DNA of 64,000 nucleotides from an uncultured Hormoscilla sp. (GTDB lineage Bacteria > Cyanobacteriota > Cyanobacteriia > Cyanobacteriales > Desertifilaceae): NCBI GenBank assembly GCA_963921275.4, contig OZ001293.3:1664001-1728000 (forward strand), in the 5' to 3' direction. The first letter of the stretch is position 1. Each line of letters opens with the position of its first letter. Made by a program: the position numbers and the translations under genes. The notes under the pieces are model-generated. The model was not told where the DNA came from. It saw only the letters and a list, made by a program, of their open reading frames with translations, and ran no database searches. Positions 31,719 through 42,652 of the stretch are shown here, in pieces.

Positions 31719-32906
31719 CTATTCAATTTCCATCTCCTGAGAATTCAACTTGTCTTGAGGTAAAAAAGACCGGTCCATTGGAATTGGGGCTACGGGTTCG
31801 GTAAGGGTAAATTTGCCAGCTGTAATCCATTCTTTTAATTCTAGGGCAACTTGACGGGAGAGAAAGATACTGGCAAGGGGGGCAACTCTAACTGCTTTGC
31901 CATCAATGGCAATCTTCCCGCTTTTCAGCTGGGCGTAGCTGACCAGTCCGAAGGTGGGACGGACCCGACGGGGAATGGAAAAATCTACTACGGGGGCGAC
32001 TATATCCTTGTCTTCGACGGCACAATGTTGTACGACTTCTTCGTGCAATACTGGTAGGGGGACGCCGACCCCCAGCATTAAGGAGGGACCGTAATTTTTG
32101 AAGTAGCAGGCCCTGACCAACTTTGGGTTCATTTGCTTGGCATCGCCAATCAGAGCCAGGGTGGCAGCTGGACCTATTGGTGTATCATTGGGGAGGCGTT
32201 TTTGTAAAGGGAAGTGCTGAGTTCCTTCCCAGGAAACATACCCGATCGCACCTCCTAATAATATCTGGCTGCCAATGCCAATCAGTTGCAGTTTGGGGTC
32301 GTTCAGTAGGGGAGAAATGGCTCCCGTGTTGGAGTAGACGGCATTTCCCAGTTGCGGATGTAAGGGACCGAGGTAGGTAAACAGGGTGCGATCACCTCCA
32401 TTGACTCCCACAATAAAATTCTGGTACAGATTGCGAGGATTGTATAAATAAAATTGGTTAATGGTCTTGCTGCTAATTGTGGTTTCAAAGGAGGCTCTCG
32501 GATAACAATCTGTTACCTGTCCCAGAGCTCGTAGCTGCACTGATTTGGCAGCTATCAAGTTTTCAATCACGTGCGCGCCGCCGTGTTCTCTGGTATCTTC
32601 CCCTTCTTCCCGCGTATCCGCTGGTTGAGTTGCTCCTATATATAAATCTACTGGCCCAAAACCGGAATAGGCCGGGATGCCATCTAACCAGCACTGGCGA
32701 ATTTTGATCGGTGGATCGGTCTGTCCTAGGTTGATTATCGCTCCTGAAGACTCCATTGGCTCAAATGTGCCTGTGGCGATCGCATCCACTTCCTTGGCTG
32801 CCTGGGTGACGCCAACTTCTGCTACTCGCGCCTTTACTTCCTCTACCGTCCACACTACTGCCTGTTTGCGGTTTATTTTGTCGTTAATTTCGGCAATCGT
32901 TCTCAT
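31719..32906 (-). CDS. Homocysteine biosynthesis protein (DUF39 / aspartate-semialdehyde sulfurtransferase-like)
   Basis: MRTIAEINDKI start; TGTFEPMESSGA and WEGTQH motifs. Confidence 0.85.
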   Translation of the reverse strand: MRTIAEINDKINRKQAVVWTVEEVKARVAEVGVTQAAKEVDAIATGTFEPMESSGAIINLGQTDPPIKIRQCWLDGIPAYSGFGPVDLYIGATQPADTREEGEDTREHGGAHVIENLIAAKSVQLRALGQVTDCYPRASFETTISSKTINQFYLYNPRNLYQNFIVGVNGGDRTLFTYLGPLHPQLGNAVYSNTGAISPLLNDPKLQLIGIGSQILLGGAIGYVSWEGTQHFPLQKRLPNDTPIGPAATLALIGDAKQMNPKLVRACYFKNYGPSLMLGVGVPLPVLHEEVVQHCAVEDKDIVAPVVDFSIPRRVRPTFGLVSYAQLKSGKIAIDGKAVRVAPLASIFLSRQVALELKEWITAGKFTLTEPVAPIPMDRSFLPQDKLNSQEMEIE

Positions 32907-33037
32907 TATCCTTGCTCTATTGTCCCTCGCCAGCCAAGCGCGATCGCTACTATTATCGTCGGCAGCAGCACTGCTGTCAAGGCTATAAGTCCTGTGGCGG
33001 GCACTGATAGCTGTGGTACCCAGCACAACTGAGGGCT

Positions 33038-33130
33038 TTGGGATGTGAGTCAGGTCAGGGATACTTTTTCTCTAAGCCTTTGGATAGTGAATCTGCAAGT
33101 GAAATTATCGCGGCACACCCCCATTGGCGA
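33038..33130 (+). pseudogene. EAL domain C-terminal remnant
   Basis: GCESGQGYFFSKPL motif. Confidence 0.6.
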
Positions 33131-33513
33131 TCGCGTTTGAGGCATAGGACGGGTGGAGCGCCTGGGAGCCAGTTATATGTCCAAAAAGTGACCATGAAAA
33201 CCTTGCGAGATAAGAGATTTTCTTAATTTGAGTATGATTTTGAGTATGATAGAGACGCTGAAAAATTATACCTACACTCGTCATGGCGGCGGTCAAACGC
33301 TGACCCCTAACCTGAGCACCGGTCTAACTTGATGCCCGATCGCCTTCGCCACCATGTTGCATTCTTCAGGTGTAAGTGGGGAACTGCCCGAGGATGTAAG
33401 TTGCCCGCAGCCAGCGTTCGATGTGCTCTGCTGCTGTGTCTCCTGGGATCGCGCAGCCTGCGCGCAGCGCAGGCGCTAGAGCGTCGGTCAAGTAATAATA
33501 GTTGACAAATAAA

Positions 33514-33703
33514 CTGGACAGTGCGAAGTTCTATGGCTGCGCCACGCTAGGCGATTGGGGAACTGCTCAAGCATGGAAGCGGGTTTGGGCCCGAGAGACC
33601 TATATGCAGCAATTCGCTGGCTCCGAAAGGCTTACAGCCTTTTGGAGCCAGCGGTTCAGCTTTTAGGATAGGTCCTATTTTCAGAGAACTTCGCACTCTC
33701 CAG
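33514..33703. mobile_element. MITE (CTGGA-ended) nested in a CTAG-MITE end (33476-33513)
   Basis: TIRs CTGGACAGTGCGAAGTTCT / AGAACTTCGCACTCTCCAG; TSD AAATAAA. Confidence 0.8.
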
Positions 33704-33910
33704 AAATAAAGCCTTTTATGTATATGGCAACTAGCACGGGAGTTTTCCTATATTTACGACTGAAATTATTATCCTGTAGACTTCTGACAGTTGAATGCTG
33801 AAGAAAAAAGGGGAGTGATGGATGTAGAGTAAATATATAGGTAAAATCAGGCAAATGGTTTTGGTTCATGACTCCTACCGCGAACCACTCTTAATAAATA
33901 AGAAAATATT

Positions 33911-35695
33911 ATGTCTGACCATGGTCCTTATCAAAGCAGATTATTAAACTTGCTGGTGCCCCAATATCGCCGGTTAGTAGAGAAGGGCGAGCGGGCGATC
34001 CGACAGATGAAGGTGGCAGTGTCCTGGGCCGCGCAGGTAGTGATTTACCCAGTCTACCTTTTATTGCAAACAACCAGACTAGCCTTCGGACAGCTGGGAC
34101 AAGCAGTAAAAGCACAATTACCGCAATTACGAGAGGAGGCCCCCGATGTGGACAGGCCCATTCAGGAAGTGCTGCTAGCAGTGCTTCCAGAAGAAGGGGA
34201 GTTAGTATTAACCCCTGACGTTGTCGGACTGCAGTCGCCGAAGCCAAATGTACCCCAGCATTGGGATTTGATTGTCAACAATACTCCTTTGGTGAGTCCG
34301 AAGCAACAAGAGAAAGCCGACCGCCTGCCGGAGGCCACCCCGAGGCCAGCCGATCCAAGGGGCGGGTACAAAGGACAAGTGATTCGGGGCGTCGCTACAG
34401 AGTTGACAAGCAAAAATCTCATCTTAGTCACAGCGGACAATCAGGAACTGGATATATTCACTCAGCAGCAGCAGAAAGAACTACAGCAATTAATTATTTG
34501 GCAACTGGCTAAATATCGGCGTCACTTGCGGCAGCTGGCTACGAGCAAAAGACCTCCAACCTGGGGGAAGTTAGCTGCTAGCAAAACTACCTTACTACCG
34601 ATTCGCCTTTTAGGGCAAGTAATGGCCTGGGAACAGAAAGGAACAGTGGCGCGGGAGATCGACCTTTTTGGTGAATCAAGTTTAGTACATCAGCCAATCA
34701 GGGAACTCGCGCATGATTCAGACTCAGTAGATGTGAAGCAACTAACAGGAAAGGGCATGGCTGGCGCCACCCTAGCGAGAACGGAACTGCCTTTCTCAGA
34801 AGGGCGATCGGGATGGCAAGGAATAAAAAATCAGGTGAGACGTATCCAGTCTTATCCGCAGTTGTTACGCGATAATAATCAACAAGAGGCTTCCCAGAGA
34901 TCAACTGGGAACCAGGCTGAGTTGGATCGGTCCGAGGTGAAGGCACTGTGGAACTCTCATGCGTCGGAAGTAACAGATGGTAAGGCTAGGGAAAAACAGA
35001 ATATTTTCGCCCCGATCGGAGCGGCGATCAGGTACTTTTTTGGCAACAAGAGAGGTGACAAAAACCTGCCAGGAACAGCTGACGAACAGGTGCAGCAACT
35101 GACAGGAAGTTTCGAGAGTGGATCCGAAAAGAGCAGCAGCGATGCACGCACGCTCCGGGAACCCTCCGCTACAAGGTTACCGGTCCTACGCGATTGCGCT
35201 GCGCGCACGCTACGCGAACGGAGATTAACAGGAGCAGAAAAGGGGCTCACGCCTCTCGTGGGCAAGTCAGTAAAAAATCATATATTGCGCATCCTGCGGC
35301 GGCCAGAGCAAGCAGTTGCCCAACCTCAGACTGGCTCCAGAGAAGCCCAAAGCAGTTCACAAGTTGAAGTTTCCGACTGGGTAAGCTGGAGCGATGTATT
35401 TGGCACCCTAGCAGAAAAGGGGAGGAAACAAGCTGTAGCACAACGGTCAGGGGCTGCAACAGCAGAGTCAGTCGGAAGCATGGTGGCGACAACAGCTTCG
35501 GGCTGGACACCGGACCAGCAGGCTCCGAGGGATAACATATATATAGAGCTGACACCGGACTGGATAGAAACCGCTGCCACTCCCAGCGGCTATGTAAAGC
35601 ATCCCCTAGAGAAGATATTAGCATGGCTAGACCGGGGTATCCTGTGGTTGGAAGAGCGGGCGATCGGGATATGGAAATGGTTTCGGGGACAGTAG
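33911..35695 (+). CDS. Conserved cyanobacterial hypothetical protein
   Basis: YQSRLLN, LILVTADNQELDI and GYVKHPLEKILAWLD motifs; lies upstream of psbI. Confidence 0.8.
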   Translation: MSDHGPYQSRLLNLLVPQYRRLVEKGERAIRQMKVAVSWAAQVVIYPVYLLLQTTRLAFGQLGQAVKAQLPQLREEAPDVDRPIQEVLLAVLPEEGELVLTPDVVGLQSPKPNVPQHWDLIVNNTPLVSPKQQEKADRLPEATPRPADPRGGYKGQVIRGVATELTSKNLILVTADNQELDIFTQQQQKELQQLIIWQLAKYRRHLRQLATSKRPPTWGKLAASKTTLLPIRLLGQVMAWEQKGTVAREIDLFGESSLVHQPIRELAHDSDSVDVKQLTGKGMAGATLARTELPFSEGRSGWQGIKNQVRRIQSYPQLLRDNNQQEASQRSTGNQAELDRSEVKALWNSHASEVTDGKAREKQNIFAPIGAAIRYFFGNKRGDKNLPGTADEQVQQLTGSFESGSEKSSSDARTLREPSATRLPVLRDCAARTLRERRLTGAEKGLTPLVGKSVKNHILRILRRPEQAVAQPQTGSREAQSSSQVEVSDWVSWSDVFGTLAEKGRKQAVAQRSGAATAESVGSMVATTASGWTPDQQAPRDNIYIELTPDWIETAATPSGYVKHPLEKILAWLDRGILWLEERAIGIWKWFRGQ

Positions 35696-35749
35696 CAATG
35701 GGGCAAATTTTCGGTATGATAAGAATTATGGTCTTTTGGAAACATCCCT

Positions 35750-35866
35750 ATGCTGACTCTGAAAATCGTTGTTAACATCGTTGTGCTCTTCTTCGTGGGT
35801 TTATTCGTGTTTGGCTTTTTGTCCAACGATCCCTCCCGCAACCCCGGACGGCAGGATATGGAGTAA
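35750..35866 (+). CDS. psbI: Photosystem II reaction centre protein I (below the ORF-track cutoff)
   Basis: Manual translation [38 protein letters not shown]. Confidence 0.96.
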   Translation: MLTLKIVVNIVVLFFVGLFVFGFLSNDPSRNPGRQDME

Positions 35867-36033
35867 ACTGGTACCCTCATTTTCACCCACACCAGAGTAA
35901 GTATGAGTAAGGGCGGGCGACAACCAGTCGCCCGAAAAGCTGCCACCAGCTAGCGATCCGGAGTCGCACGCTTACGCTGCTGCGCGCTCAGAGTTGCATT
36001 GGTCTGGGGCTGTGTTTTGGAATTTATAGAACT

Positions 36034-38166
36034 ATGCCCTACCCCCCAGTACCGCCGCCAGAACAGCCTCCTATAGTCTACAACTTACCGCCAGAGTCCG
36101 TAAGGGAACCGGCGGTAAAATATGTGTGGCTGACTGTGGCATCAGCAGCATCGGCAAAACTGCTAGGACCACCAATGACAGTGGGCTTACCAATTAAATC
36201 GGCTGCAGGACAAGCAAGGCAGCTGCCGGAGGTAACAAGGAATGATACTGCTGCGCAGGCCCCGGCTGCGCCAGACCCGTTGGACCGGGAGACAGGGCCA
36301 TCCGCTCCCCAGGAGGCGATCCCCGAACTCCAGCAATCCCTAATTCAATTAACAGCAGACCGGCAAGAACACGACACCAGACGGCAAGTATTTATAGCTT
36401 CCGGGAATGTCCAGATGAGGTTTGGAAATGCTCTGCTTCAGGCGGCCAAGCTGCAAGTGAATTTGGTAAATAGAATAGCAGTGGCACAGGAAAACGTGTC
36501 CCTGCTCACAGGAGAGCAGCTATTGCTAGGAGAACGCTTTGAGTACAACTTTGTACAGGGAACTGGGGTGATATCGGCGGCGAGAGGCTCGATTTTTGTG
36601 CCCACAACCTCGGAAGACCTGTCCGGTAATGGGACGACTTCTTTGGATGCCACTACAGTAGCAACAGGAACAGTAGGCGAACCCCTGGGGGCAGATCGAC
36701 CCCCGGAAAATGTCATAGTGACTGGTGGGGTGAGTATCGGTGGTGATGGCAACATCCCGGAAGCAGGGGGGGGGATCAGGCGCTTGCGGTTTGAGGCGGA
36801 ACGGATTGACTTCACCCCTGGGGGATGGGAAGCTACTAATATCCGCTTCACTAACGACCCGTTTTCACCACCGGAAGTGGAAGTGAGGGCAGATAAAGCC
36901 ACTCTCACGAGACTATCACCTTTGCAAGATGAGGTGAGGACAAGCAAAGCCCGCTTGGTGTTCGATCAACGTCTGTCCGTGTCCCTATTGCGAGATAGAT
37001 TGCTGATCGATCGCAGAGAAAGAGAACCAGCAATAATAAGCTTCGGTTTTGATGATAGCGACCGGGGAGGACTGTTCGCCGAGCGCAGGTTTAAGCCGAT
37101 CGCCACGGATAAAATATCTTTGAGCTTGACACCGCAGTTTTATCTCCAGAGGGCGCTCAAAGAGGGAAAATTCAACGACCTGAGCATCTATGGACTAAAA
37201 GCGGATCTGAACATGAGGCTAACGAGCACTACTTTATTGCGCTCAAAGGCTGCTTTTGTAGGTTTTGACGATGTCGGAGATACAGCCCGTGCAAGTCTGC
37301 GGGTGTCTCAGTCCATCAAGGACTATACCCTGACAGGAGAATATAGCTATCGCGATCGGCTGTTCAACGGCTCCCTAGGATATCAAACCGTGCAAAGGAG
37401 TATCGGTGCGGTCCTGACATCGCCAGCGATCCAGTTAGGAGATACTGGCATTAATTTCAACTATCAAATTGGCTATCAGGAGGTGAAGGCCAAGACGGAC
37501 CACCGCCGCTTGATTGACGACCCCTTCGATCCGGAAGAGAATGTCACCTTAAATCGCTTTCAAACCAGTGCGACCCTGAACCGAGATTTTATTCTCTGGC
37601 AGGGAGAGGCCCTACCGGCAACGGCTGAAGCAGGATTGAGATACACGCCAACACCAGTGGTGCCATACATCCAGTTGATTTCTCGAATTGTGGGCACCAC
37701 CAGTACCTACAGTAATGATGAAAACCAATCCTCCCTCAAGGGCTCTATTGGACTGCAAGGACAATTGGGTCATTTCTCCCGTCCCTGGTTTGACTATACT
37801 GGCTTTAGTCTGGTGTACTCTCAATTTATCCGCAATGGTGAATCGCCCTTTAAGTTCGATCGAATTGCAGACGTCAGAGTTCTCACGGCCCAACTCACCC
37901 AGCAGATTTATGGGCCATTTCGGTTGGGGGTGCGAACGACGATCAATTTGGATAATAGTGAAGGTCTGAGTACCGACTACACCTTGGAATACAGCCGCCG
38001 CACCTACGGAATGAGCTTGCGCTACAATCCAGTGCTAGGGCTTGGTGCCTTCAACTTCCGCATCAGTGACTTTAACTGGACTGGCAGCACTGAATCTTTT
38101 TCTGAATCGGAAGTGCGTTCAGGAGATGGTGATGTTGAAAATCGAGAATTGAAAATCGAGAATTGA
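36034..38166 (+). CDS. DUF3769 / OstA-LptD-like outer membrane protein
   Basis: OstA-like N-terminus; TNDPFSPPE and YSYRDRLFNGSLG motifs; beta-rich C-terminus. Confidence 0.85.
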   Translation: MPYPPVPPPEQPPIVYNLPPESVREPAVKYVWLTVASAASAKLLGPPMTVGLPIKSAAGQARQLPEVTRNDTAAQAPAAPDPLDRETGPSAPQEAIPELQQSLIQLTADRQEHDTRRQVFIASGNVQMRFGNALLQAAKLQVNLVNRIAVAQENVSLLTGEQLLLGERFEYNFVQGTGVISAARGSIFVPTTSEDLSGNGTTSLDATTVATGTVGEPLGADRPPENVIVTGGVSIGGDGNIPEAGGGIRRLRFEAERIDFTPGGWEATNIRFTNDPFSPPEVEVRADKATLTRLSPLQDEVRTSKARLVFDQRLSVSLLRDRLLIDRREREPAIISFGFDDSDRGGLFAERRFKPIATDKISLSLTPQFYLQRALKEGKFNDLSIYGLKADLNMRLTSTTLLRSKAAFVGFDDVGDTARASLRVSQSIKDYTLTGEYSYRDRLFNGSLGYQTVQRSIGAVLTSPAIQLGDTGINFNYQIGYQEVKAKTDHRRLIDDPFDPEENVTLNRFQTSATLNRDFILWQGEALPATAEAGLRYTPTPVVPYIQLISRIVGTTSTYSNDENQSSLKGSIGLQGQLGHFSRPWFDYTGFSLVYSQFIRNGESPFKFDRIADVRVLTAQLTQQIYGPFRLGVRTTINLDNSEGLSTDYTLEYSRRTYGMSLRYNPVLGLGAFNFRISDFNWTGSTESFSESEVRSGDGDVENRELKIEN

Positions 38167-38331
38167 AAATCGAGAATTTGGCAAAATCTAAATATATGAA
38201 AATTTATGACTATAAAACCAACAGTCAACAATCAACAATTAACAACCACTATCATCCCGACCTTGTGCAACGCCCTGATAATTCACAACTAACAACTGAC
38301 AACTGACAAGGTATCGGCAATGGTATAAGGC

Positions 38332-39057
38332 ATGACAAAAGTAGCTACGAAACTATCCCAATTGGCACCAATAGACATCTTGTGGGGCGAGGCGAGGAGT
38401 ATAACCTCAGAAGATGCGAAAATAGCATGTCAAAACAAGTGGGATATACCAGTGGCAACCTCAAAGGCCTTAACCGAAGCCGCTGCCCTGCTGATTCATT
38501 ATAGCTTTGAGCTATGTGGCGAAAGTGTCAGTAGATTAATCAAGCGCCTCGGAAGTACAGGTCAGTCGGGGTGGGTACGCTTAGCTGTGATTGAGGCACT
38601 GTATCAAGGACGCTACAAAGCTATTTCGGTTGAGCAAATCTTAGCCTTGTGGCATCGGCGGGGTCAGCCAGTCTGTCATTTCAACCTGGAATTTGAACGC
38701 ATTGTTTGCAGCAGGATGCCTTTAGATCTGATAGAGCCAGAAAACTCCAGCGAGCAGTTGGCCGACCTACCGGCAGAAACTAATCCAGCCGAGGTATATG
38801 CCCATCAAGATTCATCAACTGAACCACCCTCCAAGTCACCAGACAGTACTGGAGATCGGGCAGCGACGCTGAATTTAAAAGAATTGGCTGCCCGACAGAG
38901 AGAAACCAACAATCTCGAACCCACAAGCAACACCCAGCCGGGAGGCTCTAAGTCTAACTCTAACTCTAAGTCTGAGCCGATTAGCCAATTTACTCCAGCA
39001 GATTCTGATTTTTCTGCCAAGCTCAAAGCCGTGGTATCACCTACTCAAGACCTTTGA
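38332..39057 (+). CDS. Conserved cyanobacterial hypothetical protein
   Basis: WVRLAVIEALYQGRYKAISVEQIL motif. Confidence 0.78.
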   Translation: MTKVATKLSQLAPIDILWGEARSITSEDAKIACQNKWDIPVATSKALTEAAALLIHYSFELCGESVSRLIKRLGSTGQSGWVRLAVIEALYQGRYKAISVEQILALWHRRGQPVCHFNLEFERIVCSRMPLDLIEPENSSEQLADLPAETNPAEVYAHQDSSTEPPSKSPDSTGDRAATLNLKELAARQRETNNLEPTSNTQPGGSKSNSNSKSEPISQFTPADSDFSAKLKAVVSPTQDL

Positions 39058-39201
39058 TTCAACTTTTAAATTCAGCATATTCACGCTCGATTAATCCCAA
39101 GGGCGAAGCTGTGTCCCCCCTTTTGTGCGAGTAGCGCTCTGTATCTCCCCTTTTGTGCGAATAGCGCTCCCGAGAGACACCTCGCCCCGGGGGACACAGC
39201 C

Positions 39202-39465
39202 GGGAGCATCCAAGTTTTGCAGTAGGTAAAAAGACTTAAGCAGTATTTCCGTCGAGATTGAGATAGGCGCAACGCTGCTTCAACACCTGGTTGACATTCT
39301 CAGACTTCCATTGAGCCCCAGAAATCTTAAGCCGACGACCAATACGCTTAATCGTTGAGGAGACGGCTCCCGACCAATATCAATTTTGAGCTGCTGATCA
39401 GCTGCGTAGTTGGGTAGACGAGAGCGATGCCGGTCAAGATAAGCCAGGAAGTTGTCAACCTGTGG
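39202..39465 (-). mobile_element. ISKra4-family 3' fragment
   Basis: Manual translation NFLAYLDRHRSRLPNY...IKRIGRRLKISGAQW...RCAYLN; end GGATGCTCCC. Confidence 0.75.
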
Positions 39466-40455
39466 AGCTGGCTCCAGGTCAGGTGCTGTCTCCGATGGCA
39501 GGGCAAAATGAATTTCTCAGTGCTCTTGTGGGTGCAAAGGTGTTGGAAGGGTTTGTCAAACCTGAGATATTAGTTCAGATCGTGACTTGTGTCGAAGCAA
39601 CGATTCCCTTCCGAGGAAGGTCGCCCGAAGGTTTAACCCCTAGCGAGGGCCTATACGGGCGGTTGCAGTCAACCAATAGTAAGTTTAACCTGAAGTTGAC
39701 AGATACCCAAATGCGGTCAGCGGTGAGGCAGGCAGTGCGATTATCGAACCGGATGTCGGGGGTTTTGGTCATCCGAGTGCTGTCCTTTTATGGATAATAC
39801 CTGGAGTTTGTTACCGGAAACCAACCACAATCTCAAGAACTCAACCACCTACACAGTGCATGAGTACCGCATGGCCCTGCAAAAGATGGAAGGGTTTATG
39901 CATTTTCTGAAATTGGAACTGGTTTTTAATCAGTTCGACGGAGAGCCAAACGATCGCGATTACCGTAGTCTGCTGGCGAACTCAAAGCAGAATATTGAAA
40001 TAGGGAGGATTTACCTGGGAAGTAAACTGGCGTCGATCGCCATTCTGGAGGCTCTGTCTATACGGTTTGGGCAGGATATTCCCCTTTCGACTATGCTAGC
40101 AGGAGGATGGCCCGAGGAAGGATCGGGAGATACGTTGTCAGATATGCTGCCAACAATTGAGAAGCACTATGAACCTAAAACTGAGATTGAATGTGAGGTG
40201 TTGAAGTTGTTGGAAGTGGGACGAACCAAAAGCCCAGCTTACGATATTAAAAACTTACCCTTAGCAACGTTTATGGTCAAATATATGGGGTTTGACGAGA
40301 TTCTCTACCAGTTGAAGCGGGCGAAGGAGTTCTTTAAGGGCAATATTTCTGCTGAGGATTTTATCTCTAGTTGCGACCCTCACGTGCTCGAAGTGGTGAT
40401 TAACGGAGTCGTGAAGGTGTTTAATAGTCGCAAGGCGGCTTTGTGTCGCAGTTGA
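39462..40455 (+). pseudogene. 5'-truncated, frameshifted conserved hypothetical gene
   Basis: GQNEFLSA, IEATIPF-like and DNTWSLLPETN fragments adjoining the IS remnant. Confidence 0.65.
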
Positions 40456-40615
40456 CAAATGGGGATAATATGTTCTTGACCGCAAGGTTTAGTTGTAGGT
40501 TGGGTTGTCTCGCGTTACTCAACCTACAACTGCTGTTGGTGTTGAGCTGGTTGAGTTATCGTTTGTTACCCAACCTAGGTCGAACATGCATTGAGATGCT
40601 CCCATTCTAGCTTTC

Positions 40616-40846
40616 TATGTGAGCAAAATTACCTCAATAGCTCATAATTGACCTTGACTAACGAGCAAAAAAACCTCAAGGCCGAGGTATTGACCTTGAC
40701 TAACGAGCAAAAAAACCTCAAGATTGAGTCTTTTGCCTTGAGTAGCGAGCAAAAAAACCTCAAGACCGAGGTATTAACCTTGATTTATAAGGAAAATTAC
40801 CTCAATTGAGATTTCCTCACCTTGACTTTTGAGGTGAATTACGTCA
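40616..40846. repeat. 21-nt periodic array with alternating units (42-nt higher order)
   Basis: GAGCAAAAAAACCTCAA alternating with GAGGTATTGACCTTGA-type units; about 11 units. Confidence 0.8.
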
Positions 40847-40857
40847 TACTATGTAGG

Positions 40858-41418
40858 TTACCGTTGAGCAGAAGTCACCTCAGCAGGTTTAGGTGCAGTC
40901 ACGCCCATGCGAATTTCCGAGCAAAAGGAGGTGACATAGAAACCGCTAGCGGGTTTGCAGGTGCTAGTGCGGAACCGCAAGTTGTCAGAGGCAAACCACA
41001 GGCGCTCTTCTATGTGCGCAGTTTCAGAGGAGATAATTAATGTTAAGACCCGGTCACTGCCCATGAGATAACATCCTGTCCCTAGGTCTTGGTCAGGGGA
41101 GTTTCCCGAACGCAGTAATTTGCCGCTAGTGCGCGATCCTCCATCAGCCACCGCGACCAAAACGGTGGCACCGCTATGCCTTTTGATCTGTTGTCCAATA
41201 ATACCATCCCAGGTGACGCGAGTACCGCACAAAGCTAGTCCGGGGTCAATTTGGTATTTTTGGCAGAGTTTGCTCAAGTCAGGGTCAGTCTGGGGGAGGA
41301 AATCAATGACCAAACTTGATTTGCCGATCTCTAAGTCAGTGCTAGCCAGATGGTGAACGGTGCGTTGGGAAAACCATTTGCCTGCACTGAGTTGGAAAAA
41401 TTCTGTTATATCCATCAA
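40858..41418 (-). CDS. CpcS/CpeS-family phycobiliprotein lyase
   Basis: FFQLSAGKWFSQRT, EERLWFASDNLR and FCSEIR motifs. Confidence 0.9.
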   Translation of the reverse strand: MMDITEFFQLSAGKWFSQRTVHHLASTDLEIGKSSLVIDFLPQTDPDLSKLCQKYQIDPGLALCGTRVTWDGIIGQQIKRHSGATVLVAVADGGSRTSGKLLRSGNSPDQDLGTGCYLMGSDRVLTLIISSETAHIEERLWFASDNLRFRTSTCKPASGFYVTSFCSEIRMGVTAPKPAEVTSAQR

Positions 41419-41514
41419 TTACTTGTATCGCGCCAATATTTCTTAGAATATCTTACTTGGGAAGTCCCAGAGGAACTATAATCATTACCTACTAAGATCA
41501 AGAGATTTAAGAGC

Positions 41515-42576
41515 ATGACTGAATCAGATCAGCTTCCTTATCTACTGCGAGCAACTCGTGGCGAACGGCTATCCCGTCCGCCGGTGTGGATGATGCGGCA
41601 GGCGGGTCGCTATATGAAGGTGTACCGAGACTTGCGGGATAAGTATCCCAGCTTCCGCGATCGCTCGGAAAATGCGGAACTGGCGATCGAGATTTCCCTG
41701 CAACCCTATCACGCTTTCCAGCCAGATGGGGTGATTATGTTCTCGGATATTCTCACGCCGCTGCCGGGGATGGGCATTCCTTTTGACATTATAGAAAGTA
41801 AAGGTCCGGTAATCGACCCGCCCATTCGCAGTATAGAACAGATCCAGCAATTGCATCCCCTGGAACCGGCAGAATCTCTGCCCTTCATCCGGGATATTTT
41901 ACAGGCATTGCGTCAGGAAGTGGGCAATAAGGCAGCGGTGCTGGGTTTTGTGGGTGCGCCTTGGACTTTGGCCGCTTACGCGATCGAGGGCAAAACCTCG
42001 AAAAACTATAGCAATATTAAAGGGATGGCTTTTAGCGAACCCGCGATGTTGCATCTATTTCTGGGGAAACTTGCGGACGAGATCGCGACCTATGTCTGCT
42101 ATCAGATAGAAAGCGGTGCCCAGGTGGTGCAAATGTTTGACTCTTGGGCAGGTCATCTGAGTCCCCAAGATTATGAAATATTTGCCTTACCATATCACCA
42201 AAAGGTTATCAAGCAAGTGAAAAAGGTCTATCCCGATACGCCATTAATATTGTACATTAGTGGTAGCGCGGGAGTGTTGGAACGGATGACCAAATCTGGT
42301 GTAGATATGGTCAGTGTAGACTGGACGGTGGATATGGCTGAGGCGCGGAAGAGGCTGGGTAAGGACATGAAAGTACAGGGAAATGTAGACCCGGGTGCTT
42401 TGTTTGGTTCTCAAGAGTTTATTCGCGATCGCATTCTGGATACGATTAAGAAAGCTGGCGACAAAGGTCATATTCTCAACTTGGGTCACGGGATCTTGCC
42501 AGGGACTCCCGAGGAGAATGCGAAGTTCTTCTTTGAAACTGCTAAACAAGTAAATCTGCTACTAGCTGTTGCTTAG
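41515..42576 (+). CDS. hemE: Uroporphyrinogen decarboxylase
   Basis: [16 protein letters not shown] and NLGHG motifs. Confidence 0.96.
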   Translation: MTESDQLPYLLRATRGERLSRPPVWMMRQAGRYMKVYRDLRDKYPSFRDRSENAELAIEISLQPYHAFQPDGVIMFSDILTPLPGMGIPFDIIESKGPVIDPPIRSIEQIQQLHPLEPAESLPFIRDILQALRQEVGNKAAVLGFVGAPWTLAAYAIEGKTSKNYSNIKGMAFSEPAMLHLFLGKLADEIATYVCYQIESGAQVVQMFDSWAGHLSPQDYEIFALPYHQKVIKQVKKVYPDTPLILYISGSAGVLERMTKSGVDMVSVDWTVDMAEARKRLGKDMKVQGNVDPGALFGSQEFIRDRILDTIKKAGDKGHILNLGHGILPGTPEENAKFFFETAKQVNLLLAVA

Positions 42577-42652
42577 ATAAAAAAGGCAGTTCGTAGTAAA
42601 TATTTTAGTCTCGATTTGGCAGGAGGACTAAAGTCCTCACTACAAACACCTA

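Noticed and set aside
32907..33026. N-terminal extension of the DUF39 protein in the ORF track
   Set aside because: The family-like sequence starts at MRTIAEIN (32906); the extension looks non-coding.
40616..40846. Possible CRISPR array
   Set aside because: The spacers are short and similar to each other, the repeat is degenerate, and no cas genes are in the window.
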